DNA of 63,410 nt, filler included. It is 13 parts of 13 records of this genome, joined end to end, with 100 filler letters (N's around TTAATTAATTAA, not from the genome) between each part and the next. Parts side by side here need not be neighbours in the genome. Positions count along the whole stretch, not along the records: positions 38,457 to 45,960 come from SRR15195285_12564; positions 46,061 to 54,797 come from SRR15195285_12589; positions 54,898 to 58,972 come from SRR15195285_12596; 10 more parts are not named here. One strand, 5' to 3'. The notes under the pieces were generated by a model. That model was not told where the DNA came from and made no database searches. It was given only the letters and a program-made list of their open reading frames with translations. Every line of letters begins with the position of its first letter. The stretch's first letter is position 1. The position numbers and the translations under genes were made by a program. Of this stretch, positions 45,109 to 56,920 are shown one piece after another.

Positions 45109-46060
45109 CCAGCACACACCTCCACGCCCCAAGCCGCCGCCGCCGCCGCCGCCTCCCGGGCGCGTGTACACACAAGCGTCCCCAGTCAGAAGCCGCAGCA
45201 GCAGGACGTCCTGTACGTAAAGCTCACGGCCAGGCCCTTGCCAAGCCTGGATCGATGAGACCGACCGCCGACCGGCGGCTCCCTGCTGAGTTTTCATACA
45301 AAATTGACATACTTGATACTACAATATCGACCCGCCGGGCGAAAAATTGCATTTTCCATTTTGTCTCGGGCCCTTCTTGTGTCTCAGAATTGGAACTCTA
45401 CGGTGGGATGAATTCATTCTGCGTAATCCACTGTCATTTGAGACGAAAAAGTAAACTGTTCGCCTTAGCGCGCGACTCCAATTTCTTGTTTTCCACCTTC
45501 CGACTCCGGATGCCGGTCGCGGGAGACACCGGAGGGGATGACACTGGGGATTGGCACTGTTCATCAGTACGGATGATCTCTATAATAGACAGGGGCTGAT
45601 GCACCAATCAGCAGATGTCTCATCAGCGAACACGATCCCGAATGCTGAGGTCGATATCGTCTGGGCGGCTGGCTCCGTTGGACCACGGGGAGACTCAGAG
45701 TCTCCCCGTGGTTGGACGCATGACGCCTTGACGGCGCGCTGCGGAGACTGGTCGGGATCGCTCCTGGCTGCGGGGAATGTAGGAATCCTATCCCTTTATC
45801 TGAGGAGTGATGATATATCATCACTCGATGCTTTTTCCGACTGTCCGACTTCTGTGGCTTGCCTCGACCCCTGGTCTGCGTCTGAGCCATACTAGTAGTA
45901 TCGACCCGTACAGTACAGTACATGAATTAGTATTTGAATTGACGCGGTGCGCTGCACCGCNNNNNNNNNNNNNNNNNNNNNNNNNNNNNNNNNNNNNNNN
46001 NNNNTTAATTAATTAANNNNNNNNNNNNNNNNNNNNNNNNNNNNNNNNNNNNNNNNNNNN

Positions 46061-46462
46061 CTTGAGTTCGCGTCCGAATCTCTGCAGCAGGACAAGGCGG
46101 TAGTTCTTGCAGCAGTGACGCAGACGGGCTACGCGATTCGGTTCGCATCTGAAACTCTGAAATACCACCCGGCTTTGCAGCTAATAAGTGCCTGTGATTT
46201 GGCGCACGAAGCCGCGAAGCTCCGCTTGGCCTTGGCTACTTGCTTGCTGTATCGACAGCCCGTCAACAGTGCTGGGTGCGTATCAGTATTATCGAGAGAT
46301 GTGGTGGAGCTGACAGGTGGTAAGATTTCACGTGATGCTGTTCTAGAGGGACTAGCACGCCGACATCACTACTGGAGCAGCGTCCCCACGATCACCGCTG
46401 CAACGCTTGCGCCGAACCTCGGCCCCCCGCGCAAAAAGCGCAAGGACATGACAACGACGTAA
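46061..46462 (+). CDS. DUF4116-repeat protein, C-terminal fragment
   Basis: LEFASESLQQDKAVVLAAVTQTGYAIRFASETLK. Confidence 0.7.
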   Translation, partial: LEFASESLQQDKAVVLAAVTQTGYAIRFASETLKYHPALQLISACDLAHEAAKLRLALATCLLYRQPVNSAGCVSVLSRDVVELTGGKISRDAVLEGLARRHHYWSSVPTITAATLAPNLGPPRKKRKDMTTT

Positions 46463-47085
46463 AGATCCGGCCTCGATTACCGGGCAGGGTTGACAAATTT
46501 GTTTGAATGCAATAGTGCTATCGCACAAGCAGGAGACGGCGCTCAGAGTCAGGCCCGTGTCACTTCAGGTTCGGAAAGATTGTCGTTTGGGTCACGAGGT
46601 GTAGGAGCCGGGATGCTGGCAATTCAGTGACAACTGACTGTATGTTGGCCACGGTGACTGGGTGCGTCAATGCAATTCTGATTGTGTACGTATTTGGATG
46701 ACCACCGGTCTGAATGCCTCACAGCGATTGTCACAAACCGATGGATCAATTTTGCAAATGATAGCACGGCGACACCCACTGCAGTAGGATGATAGATCTC
46801 GTAGTACCGATCGTGAAAATATGCGCAGATACATATATTCAATTGTGTACGTTGCTGGCCGTTGCAGGCCGAATGCACCTAGGTTGTGCCCCCGGCCGCC
46901 CCAGCCCTCCACACACTCTGACACTGGACATAAGGTGCTTGCACTCTCTTTGTTGAACAAGAGCAGTTCAGCGAAGACAGGTGACGCGTCATAACGCTTC
47001 TTGATTTGGCCGGTTTGCATCGCTCCGTTTTGTGGTCAGATCCAAGTTGCGAGAAAGGTTCAGCCAGAATCAAATGCACATGCAC

Positions 47086-49195
47086 TCATGAGCCCCACGC
47101 CGCCCTGAGCTGCGCACTTAGCTTGACCAGCAGAGCTGGCTCGACCCCACCTGTCGTCGCCAGGTTGTGGTTCTCTAGGGCGGACCAACCAAACCCGGTG
47201 GCTGTGTGGTTGTAAAGTTCGACCTGGTCCGTGTACACAACAAGTGTGCCATTCACAATGCTCAATGTGTCCCTGGTTGGTTGGGTTCATTCGCGACATG
47301 TGTGAGAATGATGTGTAGTGTACGGAGTAGGTACCCCGAGGCTCTGCTCCCAGTGCCTTTCAAATGTCTGCGTTGACGCGTCAACAAGGCTGATGTTGAT
47401 CCACTCAGTGTAGCGCAGCTGGCTCCCGCCCAACCGAAGTACCATGCTGTAACCCATACTGGCCTTGTCATTCATACTTGGCCGAGGGTAAAGGGAGAGT
47501 GCCTGTTGATGCAAGCTGGCAGTAGGGTTCGCCCAAAGCGGTTTCAGACTGACGCCGTCCGTGCACGCGTCGATCGCGTCCGTGCGGCTGGCTGGGCAGC
47601 GAGGAACCACCGGGAGGCCTGCCAAATCCGTGAGGGTGGGATATATATCCACGAACTCCACAAGTGCATCCGTCCGTCCAGACGCGGGCTTGAGATGTGG
47701 CGCCCGAATCAGCAGCGTGCCACGCGTCGCAATTTCCCACATCGTCTGCTTGCACCACGCTCCGTGCTCCCCTAGCTGCCAACCGTGGTCGCCCCATCTG
47801 CCAACATAGAAGATAACATAATACGTCTCTTCATTGTCTTGCTGTTGGTGCATTGTGTGTTGCTATTCCAGCGCCAGACGTGCAAACAGATAATGGGGTG
47901 GGAGCAGTGGCTGTGGCAAAGCTAGCTTTTGTGAGCCACCCTTACAATGCCACCACTGTGTGAGCTTGCGCACTAGAGGCCTTCAGTGCGCGCATCACGG
48001 TGCCGATGTTGTCATCTGTGTACGAAACGGCAGCGTAGTAGTGCTGGCGCAACGCAACCGCCGTGACGTTTGGCATGTCGTCGCCGACAGCGCCATTGCG
48101 CGTCGAGTTGTACATGCCGCTGAGATCAAGGTTGTGTATGTCGTAATACTGCGCTCGAATCTCACCGTATGGACTCCACGCGACGTCCGGCATGCCCCAC
48201 GGCGCCTGCGGGTTGCTAGCAGGCTGGATCTTCTCGAGGGGGTACAAATCGAGAAAGCGCTGGGGCACGATGAAGGGAAGGTGGGGCTTGTGGAAGCCGA
48301 CTGCGAGAAAGAACGGGTTGTCCCGTTGGGACAGCCGTAGCAGCGTCGCGCTAGCATGCTGAGCCAGCTGATCGCCAGGCATCGGGCAGGCGTGCTCCAC
48401 AGTGGGTGAGACAGCGGCGTGCGAGGGGCAGCCGCAGGTGCCTGCCTCGCCACACTCTAGAATGCGTGGCTGGTCGGCAGCGCGGCATGGTCCTCCAGCA
48501 GATGGTGGGCACCGCCGACCCTCGGACTCCGGGTCGGCTCCCAGCAGCGGCGGGTCGAGCCCGCCGTTTTGGTAGTACCTTTCGAGCTCGCCGTGGAAGT
48601 AGGGCTGGCCGCCCTTGCTCGGCATCATCGTCCACGAGCAGTTGTGCATCGTCGGCGAGCAGAGGTCGTCGATCTTGCCAGTCAGACGGTCCACAACTGG
48701 ATGGAAGATCTTCCCCATGCCGGTGCTCGTATACCCACGCAGCTTGAAATACTCCGGGAGGGTTACGAGCGCGCGGTGGCCAATATCGCGGAAATGGTGC
48801 GTCAGGTCGTAGACGCGAGTGTGGTCGGGGCGGCGGCCGGTGAGCAGGCTTGTACGCGATGGCGAACAGACAGCCTGCTGCACGTGCGCCTGCGTGAACA
48901 CCAGAGCCCCGAGCGCGAGCTCGTCGATGTTGGGGGTCGAAATTGTCGGGAATCCCCAGAGAGAGAGCTCCGGGCGGAGGTCATCCACGGCCAGCATCAG
49001 AACATTGACCCTGGGGTCGACCGCCCGCTGCGCGGATAAGGAAGGTGGCTGGAGTGGCTGCGACGCCAACACGGCGGCGTGTGCGGGAGCCAACGCGGCC
49101 AGTGCCAGCAGTCTCAGGGCACACGGACGATGCTCCCGCGTACGGTCCTTGGCTCTCTCAGCGGCAGCTGCTGGGTCGCGGGGGTGCGAGCCCAT
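47086..49195 (-). CDS. Formylglycine-dependent sulfatase (iduronate-2-sulfatase-like), 3 exons
   Basis: NVLMLAVDDLRP, VCSPSRTSLLTG (CxPxR), GKIFH, FFLAVGFHKPHLPF, WGDHGWQLGEHGAWCK, VEFVDIYPTL, LRYTEW; last exon VELYNH..ENHNLA..WGS*. Confidence 0.93.
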
Positions 49196-49998
49196 GCTCC
49201 TCCCGAGAGGGCGCGACCGGTTGTCTGGGTGATCTTCGTGCGCTATGTAGCTACACGTCCCTGTTAAAAGGCGGGAATTTCCGCCTATCATCTAGGTGAA
49301 CCAGCGACAACTCGCGCCATGGATACCAGCAAAGGAGGGCGACTGCGACGTCAAACGTCCGTTTCGTTCCACTGTCCTAGCCTCGTATAAAGCTCTAGCT
49401 GCACCCTAGTCCAGCAATCAGCACCGCCGGCGACCGCGCGCGCGGGCGCGGCCGGGCGTGAGCTCGCGCGCGCTGGAGTCTTACATTATTGATAATGAAT
49501 TCATGATTTGGCGATTTGGGTTTGGCGCGGTGTTCAATGTGATTCAGAAGGTCGCCGGGAATGCGGCCTGGCGCGAGCGTTCCGAGCGAGGACGCGTCGG
49601 ACTCGGAGAGCCACAGGTTGCCTGCCTGGGGTCGGGTTGGAGATTCGAGCATGCTCGAACAAATTCTTGCCTGCATGTCGCGCGCGCGTGCATGGGCGAC
49701 GACCCCCGCGGGCGCGCGCGCGGCATTTCAGTCAAGAGTCATACTATTATATACAGTAGTATAGGATCCTACGCGTTGATGTACCGTATAACGTATTCGA
49801 ATACCTCAGGTCCGTAGCAACGTACGCGCCCCTGCCCGCACCCTCGCGGGGGTCGGTGCCAGGGTCTGCCCATGGTGCCATCGATGGCGTTGGGTTCGTC
49901 GTGGAGCATTTGAAGAGCGATCGGTCGGCGGAGGTGGACGTGACGACGAGCTCGTTTGGGTGATCAAACTGTGCCAGGTGGACACACTGTCGATCGAC

Positions 49999-50787
49999 AT
50001 GATATCGCTGCTGCGTGCAGCAGCGATCGCCGTGGCATGCTCCGTGCTCACACAGGACGCCGAGTGTCAATCCCCTCACAGTGGTCATCCTCGGTGCACG
50101 GGGGTCTTCTTCTCGAGCCAAGCGCAGCGCGTCGACGAGGTTTGCTGCAGCGGCTCGGCGGCCGCGGGCGTGGAGCTCCCACCTGCATCGGGCGGGCACC
50201 GTCGGGCACAGTCTGCCGGCACCTGCGACGGAGTGCCGCCGACGTGCGAATCGCAGCTGTGCGCGAGCACTTACACCGAGTTTTTTGAGACCTGTCGGAC
50301 GCAGCTTCTGGAGACGCCAAATTTTCCTGACTACCAGCGCCTGTATTCAGAGTGCTCCACGCTTGCGCACGACTGTGGGGCAGTTTATCTCGGGGAGTCT
50401 GTGGGCACGCAGAGAGTTTTCAAGTGGAACGATGCCACGGGGGGCTGCACGCTGCAGATGGCTGCGGTTGAGAGTTTCTGCAGAGATCCAGTGAGCCTGG
50501 CCGAATGCCTGGAGCACATCGGTGAAGCACAGCCCGAGCCCGAGCCTGAGCCTGAGGTGCAGACTGCAGGATGTCAACAAGTGTTTCTCGGTCCTGATAT
50601 GGGATTTGTTGATGTAATGGAGCGCGACGCACGCGGAGAGTGCACGCTTTCCGTCACGATGCTTTCCGTTGTGTGCTCTGGTCCCATGTTTCAGACGTGT
50701 ATCGACTTCCTTCACAGCTCGGGCGAGGGCCCTGGAGACGCTGGAGACCCAGACTATGCAAACAAGCACCCTGGCGGTGGGCATTGA
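49999..50787 (+). CDS. Small secreted Cys-rich protein with two internal repeats
   Basis: Hydrophobic N-terminus; VCC..TCDGVPPTC..CAS..FFETC; two C..V(Y/F)LG..CTL..C..C repeats separated by PEPEPEPE. Confidence 0.65.
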   Translation: MISLLRAAAIAVACSVLTQDAECQSPHSGHPRCTGVFFSSQAQRVDEVCCSGSAAAGVELPPASGGHRRAQSAGTCDGVPPTCESQLCASTYTEFFETCRTQLLETPNFPDYQRLYSECSTLAHDCGAVYLGESVGTQRVFKWNDATGGCTLQMAAVESFCRDPVSLAECLEHIGEAQPEPEPEPEVQTAGCQQVFLGPDMGFVDVMERDARGECTLSVTMLSVVCSGPMFQTCIDFLHSSGEGPGDAGDPDYANKHPGGGH

Positions 50788-50918
50788 GCTAGAGCGACGC
50801 TGAGCGCGGAGCTGTCGTGGAGATAAAGAGCAGACACGAAGACGTTCGGAAGGGTGGCAGTAGTGGCAAACACAAAATATGTGACCACAGCAAACAGAGA
50901 AGCCGTCCTCAAAAACAT

Positions 50919-53900
50919 TCATTCGGAGCCGTTCACACTCTCATCCTCGTCTTCCATATCTAGCATCGGGTTCGACGTGGCGACCATCGATCCACGCACG
51001 TCTTCCCCAGGATTTTCTGATCTTGCAAACACAGGGTCCTTCGCGATCGCTCTTTGCAGCTGCTTTGCCTGCTGTTCGATCTCCTCCTGCAACACGTCTA
51101 GCACGTCATCTATGCTCAGCCAATCAACCTGTTGATCGGTCAGGAACTGCCGGAGGTTGTTCCCGAGGAGCTTGTTGGAATTAAGCAAGAACCGGCGCCC
51201 AGATCGCATCGCCTTGGCTATCTCTACCTCGTTTGCAACCGTTGATCTACTCCTGTGCATACTCCTGCGACCGGAGCTGACACGAGCGTGAGACTCATTC
51301 TGGTCGTCGTCGGTCGAGACCAACATATGTGTGCTGCGCAAGTCCAGATCTTTCTTTGTGTGCCCCCACGGTCTCCCGCCGGCATGAAGGATCGCATCGG
51401 TAGTGAAAATGTTGAGGAAGGATATCACGTCCGCCGCAATGTCCGACGCGCCGAACTCAGCTAGTCCAGTCGCGCCAACGAGTCCGTTTTTGATCACGAA
51501 ATCGTAGTAGCAGATCATTAGCGTGAGGTGGCTAGTGGAGTAGAGCTGCTCCAACATGTTCGCGCGGGCTCTAAACTCAGTAAGCATAAACGGACTCTCC
51601 AACGGAGACCGCAGTGCACTGTCCTCATCGACACTATCGTCGCTAGGACCCTTCGTCTTGCTCTCGCCCCTTCTCGATCCTGTCACAACATGCGATTTCG
51701 GAAGCACAGCGGCGGGGTCTACTCGTCTAATAAAATCTGCAAACATCTGATTGAAGTTATCAAATCGTTCGTGCGCCTTTGTCTGGTTCTCCGCCACCCG
51801 TCGCGGCTGTGCTTGTGGACGCGCTGGCTCTGGATCGACCTTTGTGAGTGGTGGAGTGCGGGTGATTGAATGAGAGTATCGAGCCCTCAGCACGAGCAGG
51901 TCATAATAAGACATGTCAATCACTCCAGCAGTGTCCACTGCTTGGTAATGACGTTCAATGCTCGGATCGACCCGGTGCCTTTTCACAGCATACTCGACGT
52001 ATAGTTCTTTGCGCAAATAGAGGTACAAGTCGATGACAGTCGCATCTGCATAGACCAGAAGATTGAGTAGGAACCCACCGGTGAAGGCGCACGCGAGGTA
52101 GTGTCAGCAAGGGTTGGGAATCGTCCGTGCAAAAGACACATGGGTTTTGTTTGGCTGAGTGTGGCGTATTTCGGGAACTTACAGCACGCGTAGCACCACC
52201 CCGCAATCATGCACACGAGGTTGATATGAAGCAAGGCTGCCTGCTGGCTCTTGGAAGGAATGTTGCTGGTGAAGATGAGCGATGAAAACACCGCAAGAGC
52301 GTTCACGCTGACGAAATAATTCGCCATGTTGGTGTGGCGCAGTTGGCGATATGGTGCAACACGGGCCTGGACCACGATAACGAAGGCATACACGACCAGG
52401 CTCCACACACCCTGCATATACGGTGATTGCGAGCGCATCTTCGTAAGCAGCACCAACAAACTCTTTCGAACTAGAATCACGACTTCCCATCCGGGAGATC
52501 CGCTACGATAGGGCTTGTATAGAAACCCGTAGCGCTGCAGACACTGCATATCACCCATTCGCAGCCGCATGTAGTTTGCGAAGAAGATGTAGGTAATGAG
52601 TATCGGCAGGCCAATGACGTAAAGCAATATTGCGAAGCCACCAAGGGCGGACAGCTTATACCACTCAGAGGTGAAGCACTGGATGTATGGAGCATCGTCG
52701 AGATTGAATGTGCCCGGTTTGTTCGGCTGCTCAAAACAGTCGAAAACCGAGATGCCCCATTTAGCCAAAGTTATATATGCCATCATCATCAGCATGAGGA
52801 AGATCTGGATAGCGTGGTCTTTCACCTTTTCCCAATTGTCAGTTGTTTCAGGCACGAGCGGTATCAGACCCTCGGTTCTCAAATGCAGCTCAGCGAAGAT
52901 ACGACAGATGGAGGTTGCAAGGCGCGTGCCAAGAGGATCCTTGCGCCGCTCCTCGGCCGCTTCGGCCTCAGTTTGCTGCGATAGCCTGTACCAGGAGACT
53001 GCCACGAATGAAGCCCAGGTCTCAGAGCTGATGCGGCCAGTCCCCATCGGATCGATGTAGTGCAATAGGTTGCGAACATCTATAGCTGCGTCCAACGGCA
53101 CACCACACATGCGCCCGAGCTCTTGCAGCTTGTCTACTGTCACGAATCCATCACCCTCCGGATCGAGTTCAGCGAAAGCGTTCGCAAGCGTCCTGGTCTT
53201 CTGCTCTGACAGGGGCTTGGCAGCATCTTCTGCAAGAGCGAACTCCTCCATCTGCTGTACGTACCGCTGAACTGCTCGTATTCGGTACCAGCAGACCAGC
53301 CGCACAGCACCAGTGATGAGTAGAATCTCGCCAAAAAAGAACACTGGGAGCATCAAGAACCAGTTATATTTCGCTGCATAGCGCCACCCAAAGGCACACT
53401 CCATTTCCAAGAAGTCCAAATTCAGTCCCGCTGACTCGCTTGCGTGATAAATGGACAGCAGCTCCCACGGCCATGCGGCCCGGATTCCAGTGTTGATCGA
53501 GAGTAGCTGGAAGTGGTCGATAAGAAGTCGCGTGTAGATCAGAAATTGCGATGAGTCCTTGTCTGCGACCATCCAGTACAGGACACCCCAGCTGAGCGGC
53601 GCCGCGAAAAATATGACTGTGATCCCAATGGTCAGCACGACGATGCGCGAGCGCTCTGGGTTCAAGCACTTATCGCAGTGCCCTTCTCGCGTGAGATACC
53701 ACCCGTGATCGCAAGTCGCGCACAGCGTCCCGGAATGACCCTCCGAACAGCTGTTGTTCGGCCCTCCCAAGCAGTTCTGCTTTGCGAAACTATTCTGCAG
53801 CGTGTCCTTGTACTGCCCTGCAGCCATCGTGTTGCAGGCGAGGAGCACGCCACCCGTCTGGTTCATGGACGCCGCAGTGAGCAGAAAGCCCGCGTCGCCC

Positions 53901-54589
53901 GGAACCAAGAGGTCGTATTCGTACCCAGGACGCGGCAGGGCGACAGAGGTGCCGCTGAAGCAGCGGTCCTCGCCAGGACAGGTGTGGCCGAACTCCTCGA
54001 AGTTGCGCATCAGGGCGTCGAAGTCGCACGTGCCATACGCCGAGTTGTAACACCCAGCGGTCTGCTTGCACAGGCAGCACACGCCACCGAATGGGCACGC
54101 CTCGCACACGCCAGGGACGCGCGCGATGTAACCAGGCTCGCAGGTGCACGCGTTGGCGCTCGTTGCGCCAGACTCGCACCTCTCCTGCAGGCCACCGAAC
54201 ATGGCGTGGATCTCCACGCTGCACGTGCTGGCATGCGCGTGGCACCGTGTGCACTGCGCTTGCCCCTCCTGCGATTGGTACTGCCCGACCGCACAGTCAT
54301 AGCACAGGTTCGCGCCGGTCGCATCCTGGTACTTCCCCGCAGGGCATGCCTCGCAGCGCGCGCCGCGCTGCGAGTATCTGCCAGCGGGGCAGCCTCGGCA
54401 CCACGCCGAGATGTTCGCCGTCGCGTTGGCCGCCACGGGCTCCGTGCCCGGTGCGCAGCGCGACTCACTGTTCTGGGCGCACTCCACTGTGCACACGTCC
54501 CTCACCTGCTGTCCCAGCCCGCCTGATCCCGGCAGCTGCGCATCACAGCCCACCCACTCCACCAGCGTGGCGCACGGCACATCCACCTG
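50919..54589 (-). CDS. Multi-pass membrane receptor-like protein: Cys-rich ephrin-receptor-like ectodomain, several TM helices, EF-hand pair, cytosolic tail; probably 5'-truncated
   Basis: CRGCPAGRYS, CEACPAGKYQ, CSEGHSGTLCATCDHGWY, RYGFLYKPYR..WEVVILVRK, ARVAPY; EF-hand-like LDPEGDGFVT and IDPMGTGRIS; probable intron ~52182-52078. Confidence 0.8.
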
Positions 54590-54741
54590 GTCCCCCACAA
54601 AAGACTCTTACTCACGCGTACACAACACGCAAGGTCCTACGTGCTCCCTGCCGTGCCTACGGAGACCACCTCCTGCTCCTAGGTTTTCGGAGGTGGCGTG
54701 GCCAGAGACGCAGCCAGAAGAGCACGGCGACGAAAGAGAGG

Positions 54742-54797
54742 GACAGAGGCGACAGAGGCGACAGAGGCGACAGACAGACAGACAGACAGACAGACAG
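54742..54797 (+). repeat. (GACAGAGGC)3 followed by (GACA)n microsatellite at contig end
   Basis: Seen directly. Confidence 0.95.
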
Positions 54798-55033
54798 NNN
54801 NNNNNNNNNNNNNNNNNNNNNNNNNNNNNNNNNNNNNNNNNTTAATTAATTAANNNNNNNNNNNNNNNNNNNNNNNNNNNNNNNNNNNNNNNNNNNNTTC
54901 ATTTTCTTACCGGCGCTTGCCTGGCCGGAGGGTATGCGGCCGGTGCGGCCGGTGCCGCGAACTCAGCGATTTCCGATCGCGCGCTGCGATAATCGATAGC
55001 GCGAGAGAGGAAGTGACGTTTACGTCCCGTGCG

Positions 55034-56821
55034 ATGGCGTCGCGATCACCGCCCACGCCCCCAGAGCTGCCTGTTGCCCTCGCAGCACACGCGGCGCACT
55101 GGTCTTGCGATGTGGCGGCCGGTCCGGGCATCGCCGACCGTGTGCAAGGGCTGTCGCTGGCGGAGCTAGGCGAGCTGGTTCAGGAATTCCAGGAGCGTGG
55201 TGCGCTGCCCGAGGAACTTCACGCGGCCGTAAGCAACGGAGACGCCGAGCGCGCCGCGTCGCTAGTGGCAGCTGTTGCTGAAATCAAGTGTGCTGTCGAC
55301 TGGCGCGACGCCAAGGGTCGCACGGCAGCGTTCGTGGCAGCCTCGCAGAATGACGAGCACAGCCTATCTCTGCTGATGAGCCATGGTGCCGACTTGAGTG
55401 CACCGGATCTGGAGGGGCGCACGCTGCTGCACGCTGCCGCAGGCCAAAATGCGGTGGACTGCCTGCGCACACTCGTTCGTCTTCAGGCTGACACAGAAGC
55501 TACCGACGGCTCGACAGGCGCCACAGCACTTCACACAGCCGCCGCAGCTGGGATGCTCGAGTCGGTTCACTTGCTTCTGAGCGCTGGGGCTCGGTGTGCT
55601 GTGCAAGATGGAGTGGGGCGCACGCCATTGCATGTGGCAGCGAAAGCAGGTCATGCAGAGGTGATACTAGAACTGTTAAACGCTGACATGGGTTTACTCT
55701 CGACTCGCGATGCAGAGGGTCGATCTGCGAGGTCGTGCGCTGCTGCACAGCCAAGAAGCGTTGAGCAGAAGCTGGTAGTGACCATGCTTGACATGTTTTC
55801 TGCCTGGCCGACCATTGCTCACCAGGCGCTACTCGAAGAGCTGCGTGGCTGCTTTCCACGCGTAGCTCGGTCAGCTGTCACGCTGCTGAAGCAGGTGCGC
55901 GAACTTGTGGCGAATCCATCGGCGCTGACCCTCGGCCAAGAGGAGACCAAGAAGCTAGTGCAGCCGTGTCCTCGGCACACGCCACGATCAAAACGCACTC
56001 CTCGCAAAGCAGCGATCGAGCCTCTTTCGGGTCGCAATTCACAGTCTGGTCAACGACGCACCGCCTCTATCCGCAGTCCGAGTGGCAAACAATGCGAGAC
56101 GACACAGCGCGGCATCTCGCTCACAACTCCATCGCCTCAGCCTCCGCGCAATTCACTGTGCACAATCGGCGTTGGGCAGTCCAGCCCGCCAGATGCTGCC
56201 CCGTCATCGCCGGAGTTGAAGGACGGCGTTGCGCTATCAACGGGGGCACGACCCCCCGGTTCTACTGGAAGCGAGCGAAAATCCGTCGCTGCTGAGGGTA
56301 TCAGCGCAGCAGAGTCTGCACCAAGGCAAGAGACGCAGGCAGCGAGGCCTGAGGTGACCACAAAAGAAGGTACGGGCATCCAGCACACCGAAAACTCGCC
56401 CCAGGCAAGACAAAGACAGCAAGCAAGGCGTGTCGTTGCCGCAGGGCTCTGAAAGGTTGGTTGGTTGCTGGTTCGTCGTTTTTCAGATGTACGTGCAAAA
56501 GCTGCGAAGGCTATACTCAAGCGACTGGCCGCTGTCGATGCTGCTGAGCGGAGAGATGCCGAGGAGGCAGAGGCGGTGGCAGAACTTGAGCGTCGGAACT
56601 CGAGCCTTGCCGCTCAGCTCTTGGTGCTAAAGCAACAGAAGTGTGTGCAAGGTCTGACAACCCTGCAGGAGGGACAAGAAGGACGCCGATCGCCACGCGT
56701 TCCACTGGAGAAAGCGAATGGCAACGGCCGAAGGTCGAGTACGCTTGGCTTTGGGTTGGCGGGGAAGGCGATGTTTGTGTCTCCACAGCCTCTCGAGCCA
56801 GCTCGGAGGCCGATGCGGTGA
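55034..56821 (+). CDS. Ankyrin repeat protein with low-complexity/coiled-coil C-terminus; probable short intron near 56430-56487
   Basis: GRTAAFVAA..LMSHGADLS, GRTLLHAAA, GATALHTAA, GRTPLHVAAKAGHAEVILELL. Confidence 0.85.
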
Positions 56822-56920
56822 ACACCAACGAAAGGCGCCGCCGCAAGGAAACACCTACATGCAGAAACCAGTGCAATCAAATGAAGTGGATTGGGCTTTT
56901 TATCTTCTTCCTGACCACAT

